A DNA stretch of 64,000 nt, from positions 32,001-96,000 of the forward strand of contig CACZYB010000003.1 in NCBI GenBank assembly GCA_902785275.1, read 5' to 3'. The notes under the pieces were generated by a model, which saw nothing but the letters and a program-made list of their open reading frames with translations, made no database searches and was not told the origin of the DNA. The DNA comes from an uncultured Pseudomonadota bacterium (GTDB lineage Bacteria; Pseudomonadota; Alphaproteobacteria; Rs-D84; CACZYB01). A program made the position numbers and the translations under genes. Positions 28,029-39,262 of this stretch are shown piece after piece. Every line of letters begins with the position of its first letter. The stretch's first letter is position 1.

Positions 28029-30296
28029 TTAAAATCCTGTACCAATTGAAAAACGGAAATGTTGACGTTTATCATATTCTTCGTAATGGATTGGATATGC
28101 CCACGATACATTGATTGCGCCAATAGGTGAATTCCATGAAATTCCGTATCCAGCCGAAGTTCTGACTTTATCACTGTATAAAACATTACTGTAATCACTT
28201 AGGATTGGACGGCCAAGCTTTCCCCAATCATAGAATATATATCCTGAAATTTTGTATTTTTTAGGAATACCAATTGGGAAATTGAATTGGAATGTTCCGT
28301 TTGCTTCCCAGTTTCCACCATATGCATAGTTAGAGTTGGTTGCACTTCGAGCACCAATACCACCATATTCGAATCCACGAAGATTATCTCCGCCAAGAAG
28401 ATATCTATCACTTCGAGATAAAGTTGAGCCATTTAAAGAATGAATCTTTCCGGCATATACAGAAATTCCAAACTGCCAAACGTTATCCCAGAAAGAAAAA
28501 GTTTGTTTTGCGGAAATATCATTCTTAATAAAGTACTTATCTCCACCAAAACCAGCGTAATCAGTAGAGTAAGAAACCACGTATCCCTGTCTGGTATCAT
28601 TAACGAAATCGATTGTTTGGTTACGATAGGTAAGTGTTTGACCAAGTTTGAAAACATCGTAATCGCCGACACCTTCCAAAAGCTGGGATGAAAGACTGTC
28701 GGAAATGTTGGTCATTTTTTCATTTTTACCAGAAAATCTGAACCTATGGGAAAGATTATCATTATAATTCCAACCAAGTTTAAATGCCAATCCAATAGTA
28801 TCAATATCATAACCATAAGTAGAAGAATATTTATACTGGCTGTAGTAAGCATCCACACCACCCATAAGATCTTTATCAAACAAGTATGGTTCGACAAAGG
28901 AAAGACTGAAATTATTTTGTGTTCCTGAAAATGTTGAGGTAAAGCCTAAGGTTTGCCCCTTTCCCATAAAGTTATTTTCCTTTATTCCGAATTCGATAAA
29001 TCCCTTATTAAGACTTGACCAACCGGCACCCAAAGAAAGCTCCCCTGTGGAACGCTCTGCAACATTAACATCAACATTTACCTTATCCGGTGTTCCAAAA
29101 ACAGGTTTTGGTGTAATTTTTACAGTTTCAAAGAATCCTGTTTCATAAAGTTTTTGTTCCGATGATTTTATTCGTGCGGAATTATAAATATCTTGTTCAT
29201 CGAAATTAAGATTTTTTCGAATAACCCTTTCATAAGTACGGGTGTTATTTTTAACATCAATCTTATTTATAAAAGCCCGTTTTGAATTTTTTATTTTGAA
29301 AACTATATCAACAATTCCGGTTTCTGGATTTGTCTTTTTTTCAATATCGACATCAATAAATGCGAATCCGTTTTCACCCATCTTTTTTGCGATATCTACA
29401 ATACTTTTATTTGCAAGGTTGTCATCATAAAATTTTCCGGTTTTAAGAAGTATTTTTTCATTCAAAATCGAAGTATCAAGATCCGGAATTTCGGATGAAA
29501 TGGAAATATCACCAACCTTATATCTTTTGCCTTCAGATAGATTGAATGTAACATAGAAATCGTTTTCAGATAAATCCATTTTTGCAGTTTGGGATACAAC
29601 CTTAAAATCCAAAAATCCATGAAGAGTATAGTAATTACGCAAAAGTTCCGAATCGTATAGAAGCCTATCTTCATCATAGGTATCATACATTTCAAGAAGC
29701 TTCCACCAGGAATATTCTTTACTTAAAATAACTTCTATTAATTCCTTTGATGAAAAATTCTCGTTTCCATTGAATTGGATATCTTTTATATATGCTTTTT
29801 TACCTTCTGTAATTTCAAAAACGACATCGTACTGATTATTATCACGTTCAATAATTTTTGCATCGACAACAGCCTTGAAATTACCAAGTCGTTTATAAAG
29901 ATTTTTTATTGTTTCAACATCAGCCTTTATTTGAGCAGGATTGTAAATAGCATGTGGACGAGTTTTTACATCCTTTTTCACATCATCAAGTTTTAAATCA
30001 GAATTTCCTTCAAATGAAACGGCACCAACAGTTGGATTTTCGGAAACGGTGATTTCCAATGTACCATCATCTTTTGCATTAACTTTTATATTATTGAAGT
30101 AACCTGTATTATAAAGTTTTGAAACAATAGCATTTAATTTTTTATCGGTTAGTTCTTCATCTTCCTTTACATTAATAACATTTTTTACCATATCTGGATG
30201 AAGTCTTTTTAAACCAATAACGTTAATATCCTTAACCGCAGAATTTGCAGTCAAAGGAAATATTAAACAAGAAAGAAATGCATAAAATTTTTTCAT
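28029..30296 (-). CDS. bamA: Outer membrane protein assembly factor BamA
   Basis: POTRA repeats, NLRGFEYGGIG, SWNSPIGAI, C-terminal FSIGTGF. Confidence 0.96.
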   Translation of the reverse strand: MKKFYAFLSCLIFPLTANSAVKDINVIGLKRLHPDMVKNVINVKEDEELTDKKLNAIVSKLYNTGYFNNIKVNAKDDGTLEITVSENPTVGAVSFEGNSDLKLDDVKKDVKTRPHAIYNPAQIKADVETIKNLYKRLGNFKAVVDAKIIERDNNQYDVVFEITEGKKAYIKDIQFNGNENFSSKELIEVILSKEYSWWKLLEMYDTYDEDRLLYDSELLRNYYTLHGFLDFKVVSQTAKMDLSENDFYVTFNLSEGKRYKVGDISISSEIPDLDTSILNEKILLKTGKFYDDNLANKSIVDIAKKMGENGFAFIDVDIEKKTNPETGIVDIVFKIKNSKRAFINKIDVKNNTRTYERVIRKNLNFDEQDIYNSARIKSSEQKLYETGFFETVKITPKPVFGTPDKVNVDVNVAERSTGELSLGAGWSSLNKGFIEFGIKENNFMGKGQTLGFTSTFSGTQNNFSLSFVEPYLFDKDLMGGVDAYYSQYKYSSTYGYDIDTIGLAFKLGWNYNDNLSHRFRFSGKNEKMTNISDSLSSQLLEGVGDYDVFKLGQTLTYRNQTIDFVNDTRQGYVVSYSTDYAGFGGDKYFIKNDISAKQTFSFWDNVWQFGISVYAGKIHSLNGSTLSRSDRYLLGGDNLRGFEYGGIGARSATNSNYAYGGNWEANGTFQFNFPIGIPKKYKISGYIFYDWGKLGRPILSDYSNVLYSDKVRTSAGYGISWNSPIGAINVSWAYPIHYEEYDKRQHFRFSIGTGF

Positions 30297-31378
30297 TATT
30301 TTATAATCCTTAAAATATCATTAAAATTGGAAAGGAGTAATAAGAAAATTATAAATAAGAATCCCAAAAAGAAAATTACTTGTTTTACTTTTTCAGGAAG
30401 CTCCCTTCTTATAATACCTTCTATCATATATATGAATAAGTAACCACCATCTAAAACTGGAATTGGGAAAAGATTGAAAAGACCAAGACTAATAGAAATA
30501 AATGCCATTAAATACAAAAATGCATAAAGACCAGCCGATAGAGCATCACCACTTACCTTTGCAATAGAAATCATTCCGCCAAGTTCCTTTGATGAACGGG
30601 AACCAACAATCATTTCGCCAAGAGATTTTAATGTATCGGAAACAATATTTGAAACGGAATTATATGCTTCAGATACTGCTTCAATAAAACCTACCTTACG
30701 ATAATTTTCAAAGCGAGATGCATAACTTACACCCAAAAAGAATGTATCATTTTTCTTTTCTGGGATTACAGAAATTGATAAATCCTTATCATTACGTTTT
30801 ACCTTTACAATAATTTTTTTACCATTTGATTCTTTTATAAGCTGGGATATCTTTCGTGCATTTTTAACACTTTCCCCATTAATGGAAAGAATAATATCAC
30901 CAGATTTTATTCCAGAAGTGTAGGCAGGAGAATCTTTTATAACATCCATAACAACAGAATTATTATTTGAAACACCTATAAAGAAATATAATCCAAAAAA
31001 TACCAAGAAACCAAAAATGAAATTAAAAAATGGACCTGCAAAAACAATTGATGCCTTTTGATAACGTTTTTTAAATTCAAAACTTTCTGCCTTATCCTTT
31101 GCACTTAGTTTTTTTATTTTCTTTGCTTTTGTTTCAGTTGATTCAGGGGTATCAGACTGGCCAAGCATTTTAACATATCCGCCAAGTGGGATGGCTGAAA
31201 CTTTCCATACTGTATTATGTTTATCAGTCCATGAAAAAAGTGATGGTCCAAAACCAATAGAAAAAGATTCAACCCTTACACCATTTATTCGTGCAAATAA
31301 AAAGTGACCAAATTCATGAACAAAAACAATTACTGGAAGTAATATTATAAAAGCAACAATCCCTGTTAAAATTCCCAT
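30296..31378 (-). CDS. rseP: RIP metalloprotease RseP
   Basis: HEFGH, FSIGFG, PLGGYVKM, AGPFFN, PDZ domain, NLFPIPVLDGG. Confidence 0.96.
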   Translation of the reverse strand: MGILTGIVAFIILLPVIVFVHEFGHFLFARINGVRVESFSIGFGPSLFSWTDKHNTVWKVSAIPLGGYVKMLGQSDTPESTETKAKKIKKLSAKDKAESFEFKKRYQKASIVFAGPFFNFIFGFLVFFGLYFFIGVSNNNSVVMDVIKDSPAYTSGIKSGDIILSINGESVKNARKISQLIKESNGKKIIVKVKRNDKDLSISVIPEKKNDTFFLGVSYASRFENYRKVGFIEAVSEAYNSVSNIVSDTLKSLGEMIVGSRSSKELGGMISIAKVSGDALSAGLYAFLYLMAFISISLGLFNLFPIPVLDGGYLFIYMIEGIIRRELPEKVKQVIFFLGFLFIIFLLLLSNFNDILRIIK

Positions 31379-31446
31379 TTTTATTTTCCCTAAATTAAAA
31401 CTTATACAATGTTACACAATTTTATATTCAGAATCAACAGAATTAT

Positions 31447-32178
31447 CTATTTTACAACTCTGGCAAAGGTTAGAACAAAAACCTTTTTCACACCATTTTG
31501 TTTTAAAACTTTTGCACATTCGTTTACAGTAGCACCGGTTGTAAAAACATCATCAATAAGCAAAATATTTTTACCTTTTATTTCACTGTTATTTTTTATA
31601 ACGAACACACCGGACACATTTTTCTTTCGTTCCTGTGAGGAAAGATGACCTTGGGATTGCGTAGATTTTGAACGAAGAAGTGTTGTATACAAAACAGGCT
31701 TTGAATAAATCTTTGAAAGGTGGGTACAAATAAGACTTGCCTGATTATACTTTCTTTTCAACATACGGGTAAGATGTATTGGAACAGGTATAATATAATC
31801 ACTTTGTTTTGCCAATTCCGTACCACATCGTGCCATAAGATTTGCAATAGATTTTGCATATTGTGTTTTATCACCATGTTTTAGGGGAAGAATAAGTTTC
31901 TTTGAAAAATCATCATAACGAACAGCCGCACAAGCTTTATCAAACTTAAATGATTTCTTTAAACATTTTGGGCAAAGAAGAGCTTTGTTCGAATCTTTTA
32001 TTTTAAATTCAAATGGAAAACCACAACAAGAGCATTTGGGTTCAGTGATTAAATCAAACTTTGATACACAAGATAGGCAAATTGCACCATCAATGCCAAG
32101 AAAGTCTTTACAAATGCAACACTGTTGAGGAAAAATAAAATTTATTATTGAATTCCAAATTCGTTTTAATATTACCAT
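31447..32178 (-). CDS. comF: ComF family protein (Zn ribbon plus PRTase)
   Basis: CxxC pairs, PVPIH...RKYNQA, LLIDDVFTTGAT. Confidence 0.92.
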   Translation of the reverse strand: MVILKRIWNSIINFIFPQQCCICKDFLGIDGAICLSCVSKFDLITEPKCSCCGFPFEFKIKDSNKALLCPKCLKKSFKFDKACAAVRYDDFSKKLILPLKHGDKTQYAKSIANLMARCGTELAKQSDYIIPVPIHLTRMLKRKYNQASLICTHLSKIYSKPVLYTTLLRSKSTQSQGHLSSQERKKNVSGVFVIKNNSEIKGKNILLIDDVFTTGATVNECAKVLKQNGVKKVFVLTFARVVK

Positions 32179-33854
32179 CTCATAATATCGTATTCTTTTA
32201 CGTTTTCTTCTTCACCAAAAATATCAGCACCCTTACTTATACGCAACTTTGTATAATTATCATTACTTACAACACGGAAGGCAAACGAATCTTCATCCCT
32301 ATTACTTAGAACAGGAAGAATCTGTCTATCTGAAATTCCTGCATTACGTAAAATATTGCTTACAATAGAAAGACGACGTGCAGTTAATTTTTTCTTTTTT
32401 GGATTATTCATCACACTTTCAGGAATCGTGATTTCGATTGAGTTTGTTGGTTGTTCAGTTGCAATTTGTGCGAATGAACGAATAAGGTTTACACTTTCAC
32501 CGGAAACAGCACTGCTTCCATCCTGGAAGTCGATTTTCATTTGCAAAACTTCACGTGTACCAGCTTTTAATGGACCACTTGGCGCACTGATAGATTTTTT
32601 GGTATCCTGAAGTTTTTTCTTTACATCTTTTACACTAACCTTTTCAACAGGAACCTTTTTATCACCTTTGCCCTCTAAAGCATCACCAACATTTTTTTGT
32701 TTGGTAAAACCTTCGTCATCCTGATATTCCTCTTCATTTTCTTCTTCTTCCTCAGAAATTTCTTCATCGACATCTTCTTCCAAAGCCTCTTCATTTTCTT
32801 CTTCAGATTCATCCTCATAAGCAGAAAGATATTGATTGCCAGAAAGATATGCACGGTGCAAATCTTTTTTAAGCATTTCCGAAGATGCAATGGATGGTTG
32901 TTTCTTTTTATTTTTTGCAACCTTTACATCAGATGATTTCTTTGATGAACTTAGTTTTTTATTTGTTTCAGGTTTTATTGCAGAAAAAGCCTTTATAAAA
33001 GGATTTGAACTTGTGTTTGCGATATCACTTGTTTCTTTTTTGCTTTTAGATTTCTTGGTTTTCGAAACAATAACACCAAATGGATTATCATCTGACGAAT
33101 CGTTTTCATCAGAAGCAGATGTAGATGGAATTTCAGTTTTTGTATCGTTAACAGCAACAAACTTTTCAACATTTTTAGATGCAATATCCGAATCTGTTTT
33201 CTTCGATTTCTTTTTTAAATTCTTTTTTCCCTTTATTTCTTTTTTATCAGATTTATCGAAAACTTTATTTTCAGAAGAAGGTGTTTCTTCTATTACTTCT
33301 GATGCGACATCAGCCTTTGAAATAACCTTTTCATTATTAACAACTTTTTGTTGTTCGGATGAAGAGACAAGAACTTCTTCACCTTCGGAAACTTTTATGC
33401 TTGCAAATTTATCGTTTGCTTTCTTTGCCTTTGCAATAGAACGAGTTTTCTTTTCAGGTGTTACAGAAACAAAATCAATTGAGCGAAGTGATGCAACCTT
33501 TTCCTTTTTAACAGGTTTTACAGGTAAAGTTTTTTCAGGTTGTACCTGTGCAATAACAACGGTTGGTTTTACTTCTGGAACAGAATCGATTGATGGTTCA
33601 ACCTTATCTTCGAAATAATCATCACTATTTTCAACATCAGAAACAGATGCAACTTCGTAATCAATAGTCTCGTTTTCATCAGGAAGAAAAGCTTCATTTG
33701 GTTTCTCAAAAATCATATCGGCGATGGTAGCAACATTAGGCTTCACATCAGAGGTCTTCAAGAAGAAGGCCTCTGACTTCCCAATATCAAGGGACAATGC
33801 ATTATTTGAGATGCCAAATAAAAACATAAGAATTAAAATAAGTTTACGTTGCAT
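32172..33854 (-). CDS. Exported low-complexity protein with C-terminal OmpA-like fold
   Basis: Signal MQRKLILILMFLFGISNNALS, Lys/Ser and Glu-rich linker, IDFQDGSSAV...LTARRLSIVSNILRNAGI. Confidence 0.75.
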   Translation of the reverse strand: MQRKLILILMFLFGISNNALSLDIGKSEAFFLKTSDVKPNVATIADMIFEKPNEAFLPDENETIDYEVASVSDVENSDDYFEDKVEPSIDSVPEVKPTVVIAQVQPEKTLPVKPVKKEKVASLRSIDFVSVTPEKKTRSIAKAKKANDKFASIKVSEGEEVLVSSSEQQKVVNNEKVISKADVASEVIEETPSSENKVFDKSDKKEIKGKKNLKKKSKKTDSDIASKNVEKFVAVNDTKTEIPSTSASDENDSSDDNPFGVIVSKTKKSKSKKETSDIANTSSNPFIKAFSAIKPETNKKLSSSKKSSDVKVAKNKKKQPSIASSEMLKKDLHRAYLSGNQYLSAYEDESEEENEEALEEDVDEEISEEEEENEEEYQDDEGFTKQKNVGDALEGKGDKKVPVEKVSVKDVKKKLQDTKKSISAPSGPLKAGTREVLQMKIDFQDGSSAVSGESVNLIRSFAQIATEQPTNSIEITIPESVMNNPKKKKLTARRLSIVSNILRNAGISDRQILPVLSNRDEDSFAFRVVSNDNYTKLRISKGADIFGEEENVKEYDIMRW

Positions 33855-34001
33855 TCCTTTTGTCCCTTTCACTCCGTCTCCTCTCTTGTTTTACTATGCT
33901 TTTTTTATTATATCAAGAAGAAAATTAAAAAATTTCTCATTGCTTTTATATATTTTAAAAGTTATAGTTTTTATTAGGCAAAATAATTGAGGGAGGGCGA
34001 T

Positions 34002-36206
34002 ATGTATGATAATGTTTTAACAAAGGAAAATATTCAAAATATAATTTCTGGACGTGAAAGTAATCCATTTGCCTTTCTTGGCTTTCATAAGCTTGATAAT
34101 GACCCAAAATCTGCGGTTATTCGTGTATTTAATCCGTTTGCAAAAAAAATTTCCGTCATTACAAAGGGGTTAAGTATGGAGCTTCCTATGGAAAAAATAC
34201 ATGATGATGGATTGTATGAAACCATAGTTGGTGAAGATGATAGCGAATACAAACTTTTGATAACTGATGATTGTGGAAGAGAAGTTTTAACCGAAGACAC
34301 ATACAGTTTTCCATCAACTATTGGTGAATTTGATAATTATCTTTTAAGAGAAGGTAACCATTTTGAACTTTATCACAAAATGGGCGCACATATAATGACG
34401 CTTAATAATATAGAAGGAGTTTCTTTTGCCGTATGGGCTCCGGATGCATACAGGGTAAGTGTTGTTGGTGACTTTAATAATTGGGACGGACGTGTTAATG
34501 TTATGCGTCGTCATCCAGTAAGTGGTATTTGGGATATATTTATCCCTCATTTAAAAGAAGGTACACTTTATAAATTTGAAATTATTTCAAGGGATGGAAG
34601 ATTGCTTCCTTTGAAATCTGATCCTTATGGTTTTTATCAGGAGCTTCGTCCAAAGACCGCATCTGTTGTATGGAATGAAAATTCTTATAAATGGGAAGTA
34701 AACGAACATTGGGAAAAAATTAAAAAGGCGGTGAATTCGAACGATGCACCTATCTCAATATACGAAGTACATCTTGGTTCATGGAAAAGAAAAGATGGAA
34801 ATCAATATCTTTCGTATAGAGAACTTGCCCATGATTTAATTCCTTATGTAAAATATATGGGATTTACACATATCGAACTTTTACCAATAATGGAATATCC
34901 ATTTGATGGATCATGGGGATATCAAACAACCGGAATGTTTGCTCCAACATCAAGATATGGAACTCCGGATGACTTTAAATATTTTGTTGAACAATGTCAT
35001 AATGCAGGAATCGCAGTTATACTTGATTGGGTGGCTGCACATTTTCCAAAGGATGCTCATGGACTTGCAAACTTTGATGGTCGTCCACTTTATGAATATG
35101 CAGATGACAGAAAGGGCGAACACAAAGATTGGGGTACAAAAATTTACGATTATGGAAGAAATGAAGTTGTGAACTTTCTCCTTGCATCTGCTACATTCTG
35201 GCTTGATGAATACAAGGTTGATGGTTTAAGGTTTGATGCGGTGGCATCTATGCTTTACCTTGATTACAGCCGTGGTGCCGGACAATGGGTTCCAAACATT
35301 TATGGCGGTAGAGAAAATTTAGAGGCAATTGCTTTCCTTCAAAAGGTTAATACACTTATGTATGCAAAGTATCCGGACACAGCTTCGTTTGCAGAAGAAT
35401 CTACTGGATGGGGAAATGTTTCACGCCCTGTTGATATTGGTGGACTTGGCTTTGGATATAAGTGGAATATGGGTTGGATGCATGATGTGCTTGATTATAT
35501 GAGTAAAGATCCGATTTACAGAAAATATATTCATCACCAAATGACACATTGTATTATGTATGCATTTTCTGAAAACTTTGTGCTTTCTATTTCACATGAT
35601 GAAGTTGTTCACTGTAAATGTTCGCTTATAAATAAAATGCCCGGTGATAAATGGCAAAAGTTTGCAAACCTTCGTGCATTTTATGGATATATGTGGACCT
35701 TCCCTGGAAGAAAGCTTTTGTTTATGGGTGGGGAATTTGCCCAATACAATGAATGGAATGAAAACCAAAGTTTGGATTGGCATCTTACAAATGATCCATA
35801 CAATAAGGCTATACAGAAAGAGGTTAAGACCTTAAATGAACTTTATAAATCGGAACCTGCGCTTTATGAAAATAATTCAAGTCCTGATTGTTTCAGATGG
35901 CTTGACTACAATGACTCTGAAAACAGTGTGTTCCCTTATATAAGGTATGCAAAGAATAGGGATAATTACCTTATTGCAATTACAAATATGACTCCTATTG
36001 TAAGAGAAAATTACAGAATCGGAGTTCCTGAAAATTGTGAATTTGAAGAAATTTTCAATTCTGATGATTTTGAATATATGGGAAGCGGTGTTGGAAACAA
36101 GGGGCATTTGAAACCAGAAGCAATTCAATGGCAAGGTGAAAACCAATCTTTAAGTCTTGTATTGCCACCACTTGCAACAATAATACTTAAACCTGTAAGA
36201 AAATAA
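34002..36206 (+). CDS. glgB: 1,4-alpha-glucan branching enzyme
   Basis: FAVWAP, IYEVHLGSW, SWGYQ, LDWVAAHF, DGLRFDAVASMLY, AEEST, SHDEVVH. GGAGG RBS. Confidence 0.97.
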   Translation: MYDNVLTKENIQNIISGRESNPFAFLGFHKLDNDPKSAVIRVFNPFAKKISVITKGLSMELPMEKIHDDGLYETIVGEDDSEYKLLITDDCGREVLTEDTYSFPSTIGEFDNYLLREGNHFELYHKMGAHIMTLNNIEGVSFAVWAPDAYRVSVVGDFNNWDGRVNVMRRHPVSGIWDIFIPHLKEGTLYKFEIISRDGRLLPLKSDPYGFYQELRPKTASVVWNENSYKWEVNEHWEKIKKAVNSNDAPISIYEVHLGSWKRKDGNQYLSYRELAHDLIPYVKYMGFTHIELLPIMEYPFDGSWGYQTTGMFAPTSRYGTPDDFKYFVEQCHNAGIAVILDWVAAHFPKDAHGLANFDGRPLYEYADDRKGEHKDWGTKIYDYGRNEVVNFLLASATFWLDEYKVDGLRFDAVASMLYLDYSRGAGQWVPNIYGGRENLEAIAFLQKVNTLMYAKYPDTASFAEESTGWGNVSRPVDIGGLGFGYKWNMGWMHDVLDYMSKDPIYRKYIHHQMTHCIMYAFSENFVLSISHDEVVHCKCSLINKMPGDKWQKFANLRAFYGYMWTFPGRKLLFMGGEFAQYNEWNENQSLDWHLTNDPYNKAIQKEVKTLNELYKSEPALYENNSSPDCFRWLDYNDSENSVFPYIRYAKNRDNYLIAITNMTPIVRENYRIGVPENCEFEEIFNSDDFEYMGSGVGNKGHLKPEAIQWQGENQSLSLVLPPLATIILKPVRK

Positions 36207-36238
36207 AACTTTGATATTTCGTGAAAAGGAATGAAAAT

Positions 36239-39205
36239 TTATTTGTTCCATTCTTTTACACGTGCAAGGTGTGAATATTCAGAGTATGCTTCTATACTGT
36301 GACCAACAGTGTTTGGATTTGGACGAGAAAGGTATGGTGTTGTTGGTTTTGAAAATTCGGTAATAGTTCCCTTTAAATCAACATAAGCTTTTTCAATTAT
36401 TTGATTAACAGAATCATCCAAATCATCACAGGTTATATTTCCGTTTGAACTTCCTGTAAGTTTTATATAACGGATACCAGCAACCTTTGAATTTGTTTTT
36501 ATATGTTTAAATCCTTTGTTTTGAAAAATCAAAGCTTCGATTGGAAGTTGCGGTGCATAACCGGAAAGAACTTCAGCTTTTGACGGAGGATTTCCAGTTT
36601 TATAATCGAATATAAATGCATTGTTATCACAAGAGATATCAATTCTATCAACCTTTGCGGTTATGGTGAAATCATGTGTAATATCAAAAGTACCCTCCTC
36701 TTCTTCAAAAGAAAATGAAGTTGTTTTTTTGATATCATTTTCATAATCGACAAACCAACGGGCAACCTTTTCAAACTTTGAATACCAGAAATCAATTTGT
36801 GGAATATCCATATAAGGAATCGCATTATTCATCATAATTGCCATAAGTTCATCATAGGTTGAAAGTTTTTTCTTTTTGAATTCTTCCAAGCTGTTATGAA
36901 TAACAGTTCCAAGTTCGGCCGGACCAGCAACTGGATTTATATCTTTTAACTTTTCAAGGTTTAAAATTTTATTTGCAAAAATTATGTATGGATCACGATA
37001 CCATTTTTCAATCCATGTTGCGGAAAGCTTTTTTGGTCTGGATGAAATAGGTGGGCACGGATTTGGTCTTTTACAAGGAATAACTTCTTCATTAAATCCA
37101 GAAATTTGTATCCAAGATTTTACTTCTCGACTTAGCGAATCGTCCCATTTTAAATTTGCGATTTTTACAATGGCGGAAAGTTTTGTAAGCCAACGCGAAG
37201 TGATAGTATTATTTCCATCAACCTTTAGAGCATGAGTCATAACAACATTTTTCTTACAGAAGAATTCCACAAAATCGTGTGATGACAAACCCACCTTTCG
37301 TTCAGGAAGTGGAAGTTTGAATTTCGCCTTCATAGGACGGCTCATCCATGGATCATCGGATGTAACACGAGGAAATATATCTTCATTTAATCCTGCCATA
37401 ATATACAAATCTGCAGTTATTAAACGTGCTTCTATCGAATTCATTATCGAAATATTTGGATGAGAATTTATTTTTGGTCTTAAGCTTAAAGACAATAAAT
37501 AATTTGATATGAAAACGAAATAAGCAGGCACGCTCATCACATCAATATCGATTGAATTATTTTCATCTTTGATTTCCTTTAATGAAGAAAGAAGTGATGA
37601 AAGTTCATCAGATAAATCGTTATGTAAATCTGTATCCCATAAAATTTTGTTTGTATCAACATCTGGTGAAGAAACAAATTTTTCCACCAAAGAAAGGTGT
37701 GAATATAATAAATCAAATAAATGATAATTTTGCGAATCGAACATCTTTACAAACATACCGTTTGTAATATCTTTTATTTTCAAAAGAAGATTATAAACAT
37801 CCGGATAATCCAAAGATTCATTTATCATCTTATCCAAATTATTAACGGAAACTTTACCCTGTAATACATTTTTTTCGAGAGATGTTGTAAGCGAATCTAA
37901 CTCTTCCTTTGAATAACCAAGATGAGTATATTTATGTTTCAATACCGCAAGAATGGAATAAGGTGAAAAATTTTCATACAACATTTTTAATACAAGGATT
38001 ATATAATTTCCTGTTATTGTATCACTGGCTGGAATACCGGCCGAATCGTCAACTATTATATTCCAACGTTTAAGTTCATTTGCAACGGATTTTGCAATTT
38101 TTCTGTCTGGGGTAATAAGAAGCGCCCTTTTATTTTCAAAAACAGCTTTTCTTAAAAGTCCCGAAATTGCAAAGACTTCATCCGAATCGTTTTCTAAACA
38201 GATTTCCGATACATCATTTAGAACATCTTCGTTTAATTTTGGAAGCTTTGACCAATCATCATTCATATCAGATGACAACATAATATAGCTTGATAAAAGT
38301 TCCCTATCACTTTCTGCGATATCGTAATTTTTAAATAGAGGTAATTTAGGTAGAGGCAATTCAGGAATATCGGAAATTTTTAACCCCAATCCCTTTATCA
38401 ATTTCAAAAGCCCATATTGTGGATGATTTTGATTTGTCTTTGGAAAATCGGATGTCAAGATTTCAAAATCTTTATCAGAAATATTTTTATCAAGTCCCGG
38501 AAGGATAAGAAATCCTTTTTCCATTTTTGAAATAAACCTTAGCATATAAGATATTGGGACAAGAGAACCTGTAGAACCAGCGGCAAATACCCTTCCTTGT
38601 GGCGGAAAATTTTTCCAATAATCTATTTGCTTTTTTATAAGGCGAATCTTTCTATCGACTGGATTTATAACATTATTTTCTTCCAAAATCTTTGGATATT
38701 CGGCAGTAACAATTTTTAAAAATTCCAATACTTCCTGCCAATGCTCAGAATATTCTTCGGGAACAAGGTATTGAAGATTATTGAAACTTAATTCTTCCAT
38801 TTCTACTGTATCCATAAGATGTGCCAAATCCACGGCAAGGGAATATGCTTGCTCCTCTGTGAAATCAGGCATTTTTTTCTTTACCAAAGATGAAAGAATA
38901 AGATTTCGTTTTATTTGAGAAATTGCAGGTGGCAAATCGGCATCTAAATTTTCATTTTCATAATCCAAAAATGCAAGACCATTTTCGTCAACATCACCAA
39001 GTGGCAAAATGGTTGGAAGCATTACAGCACTGTCGTTTGAAAGATGGAAAAATACATCCTTCATATATCTGCACGCACGACGAGTTGGAAGCAAAATTAT
39101 ATCATTGGCAATATTTATATTTTCAGATTTTGCCGTTTCAATAATGTATGAAGCAAGAACCTCTAAGAATGGATAACGTGGAGATATATTGAAAATATTT
39201 GCCAT
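36239..39205 (-). CDS. addB: Double-strand break repair protein AddB
   Basis: LLPTRRACR, LPLGD, AAGSTGS, LPGLD, HPQYGL, DDSAG, PD-(D/E)XK domain KVDRID..DYKTG, YSHLARVKEW. Confidence 0.92.
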   Translation of the reverse strand: MANIFNISPRYPFLEVLASYIIETAKSENINIANDIILLPTRRACRYMKDVFFHLSNDSAVMLPTILPLGDVDENGLAFLDYENENLDADLPPAISQIKRNLILSSLVKKKMPDFTEEQAYSLAVDLAHLMDTVEMEELSFNNLQYLVPEEYSEHWQEVLEFLKIVTAEYPKILEENNVINPVDRKIRLIKKQIDYWKNFPPQGRVFAAGSTGSLVPISYMLRFISKMEKGFLILPGLDKNISDKDFEILTSDFPKTNQNHPQYGLLKLIKGLGLKISDIPELPLPKLPLFKNYDIAESDRELLSSYIMLSSDMNDDWSKLPKLNEDVLNDVSEICLENDSDEVFAISGLLRKAVFENKRALLITPDRKIAKSVANELKRWNIIVDDSAGIPASDTITGNYIILVLKMLYENFSPYSILAVLKHKYTHLGYSKEELDSLTTSLEKNVLQGKVSVNNLDKMINESLDYPDVYNLLLKIKDITNGMFVKMFDSQNYHLFDLLYSHLSLVEKFVSSPDVDTNKILWDTDLHNDLSDELSSLLSSLKEIKDENNSIDIDVMSVPAYFVFISNYLLSLSLRPKINSHPNISIMNSIEARLITADLYIMAGLNEDIFPRVTSDDPWMSRPMKAKFKLPLPERKVGLSSHDFVEFFCKKNVVMTHALKVDGNNTITSRWLTKLSAIVKIANLKWDDSLSREVKSWIQISGFNEEVIPCKRPNPCPPISSRPKKLSATWIEKWYRDPYIIFANKILNLEKLKDINPVAGPAELGTVIHNSLEEFKKKKLSTYDELMAIMMNNAIPYMDIPQIDFWYSKFEKVARWFVDYENDIKKTTSFSFEEEEGTFDITHDFTITAKVDRIDISCDNNAFIFDYKTGNPPSKAEVLSGYAPQLPIEALIFQNKGFKHIKTNSKVAGIRYIKLTGSSNGNITCDDLDDSVNQIIEKAYVDLKGTITEFSKPTTPYLSRPNPNTVGHSIEAYSEYSHLARVKEWNK

Positions 39206-39262
39206 AAATAAACCTTTTTAATTTTATGATATTTTAACAAATATTTTATCAAAATTCTAGGT

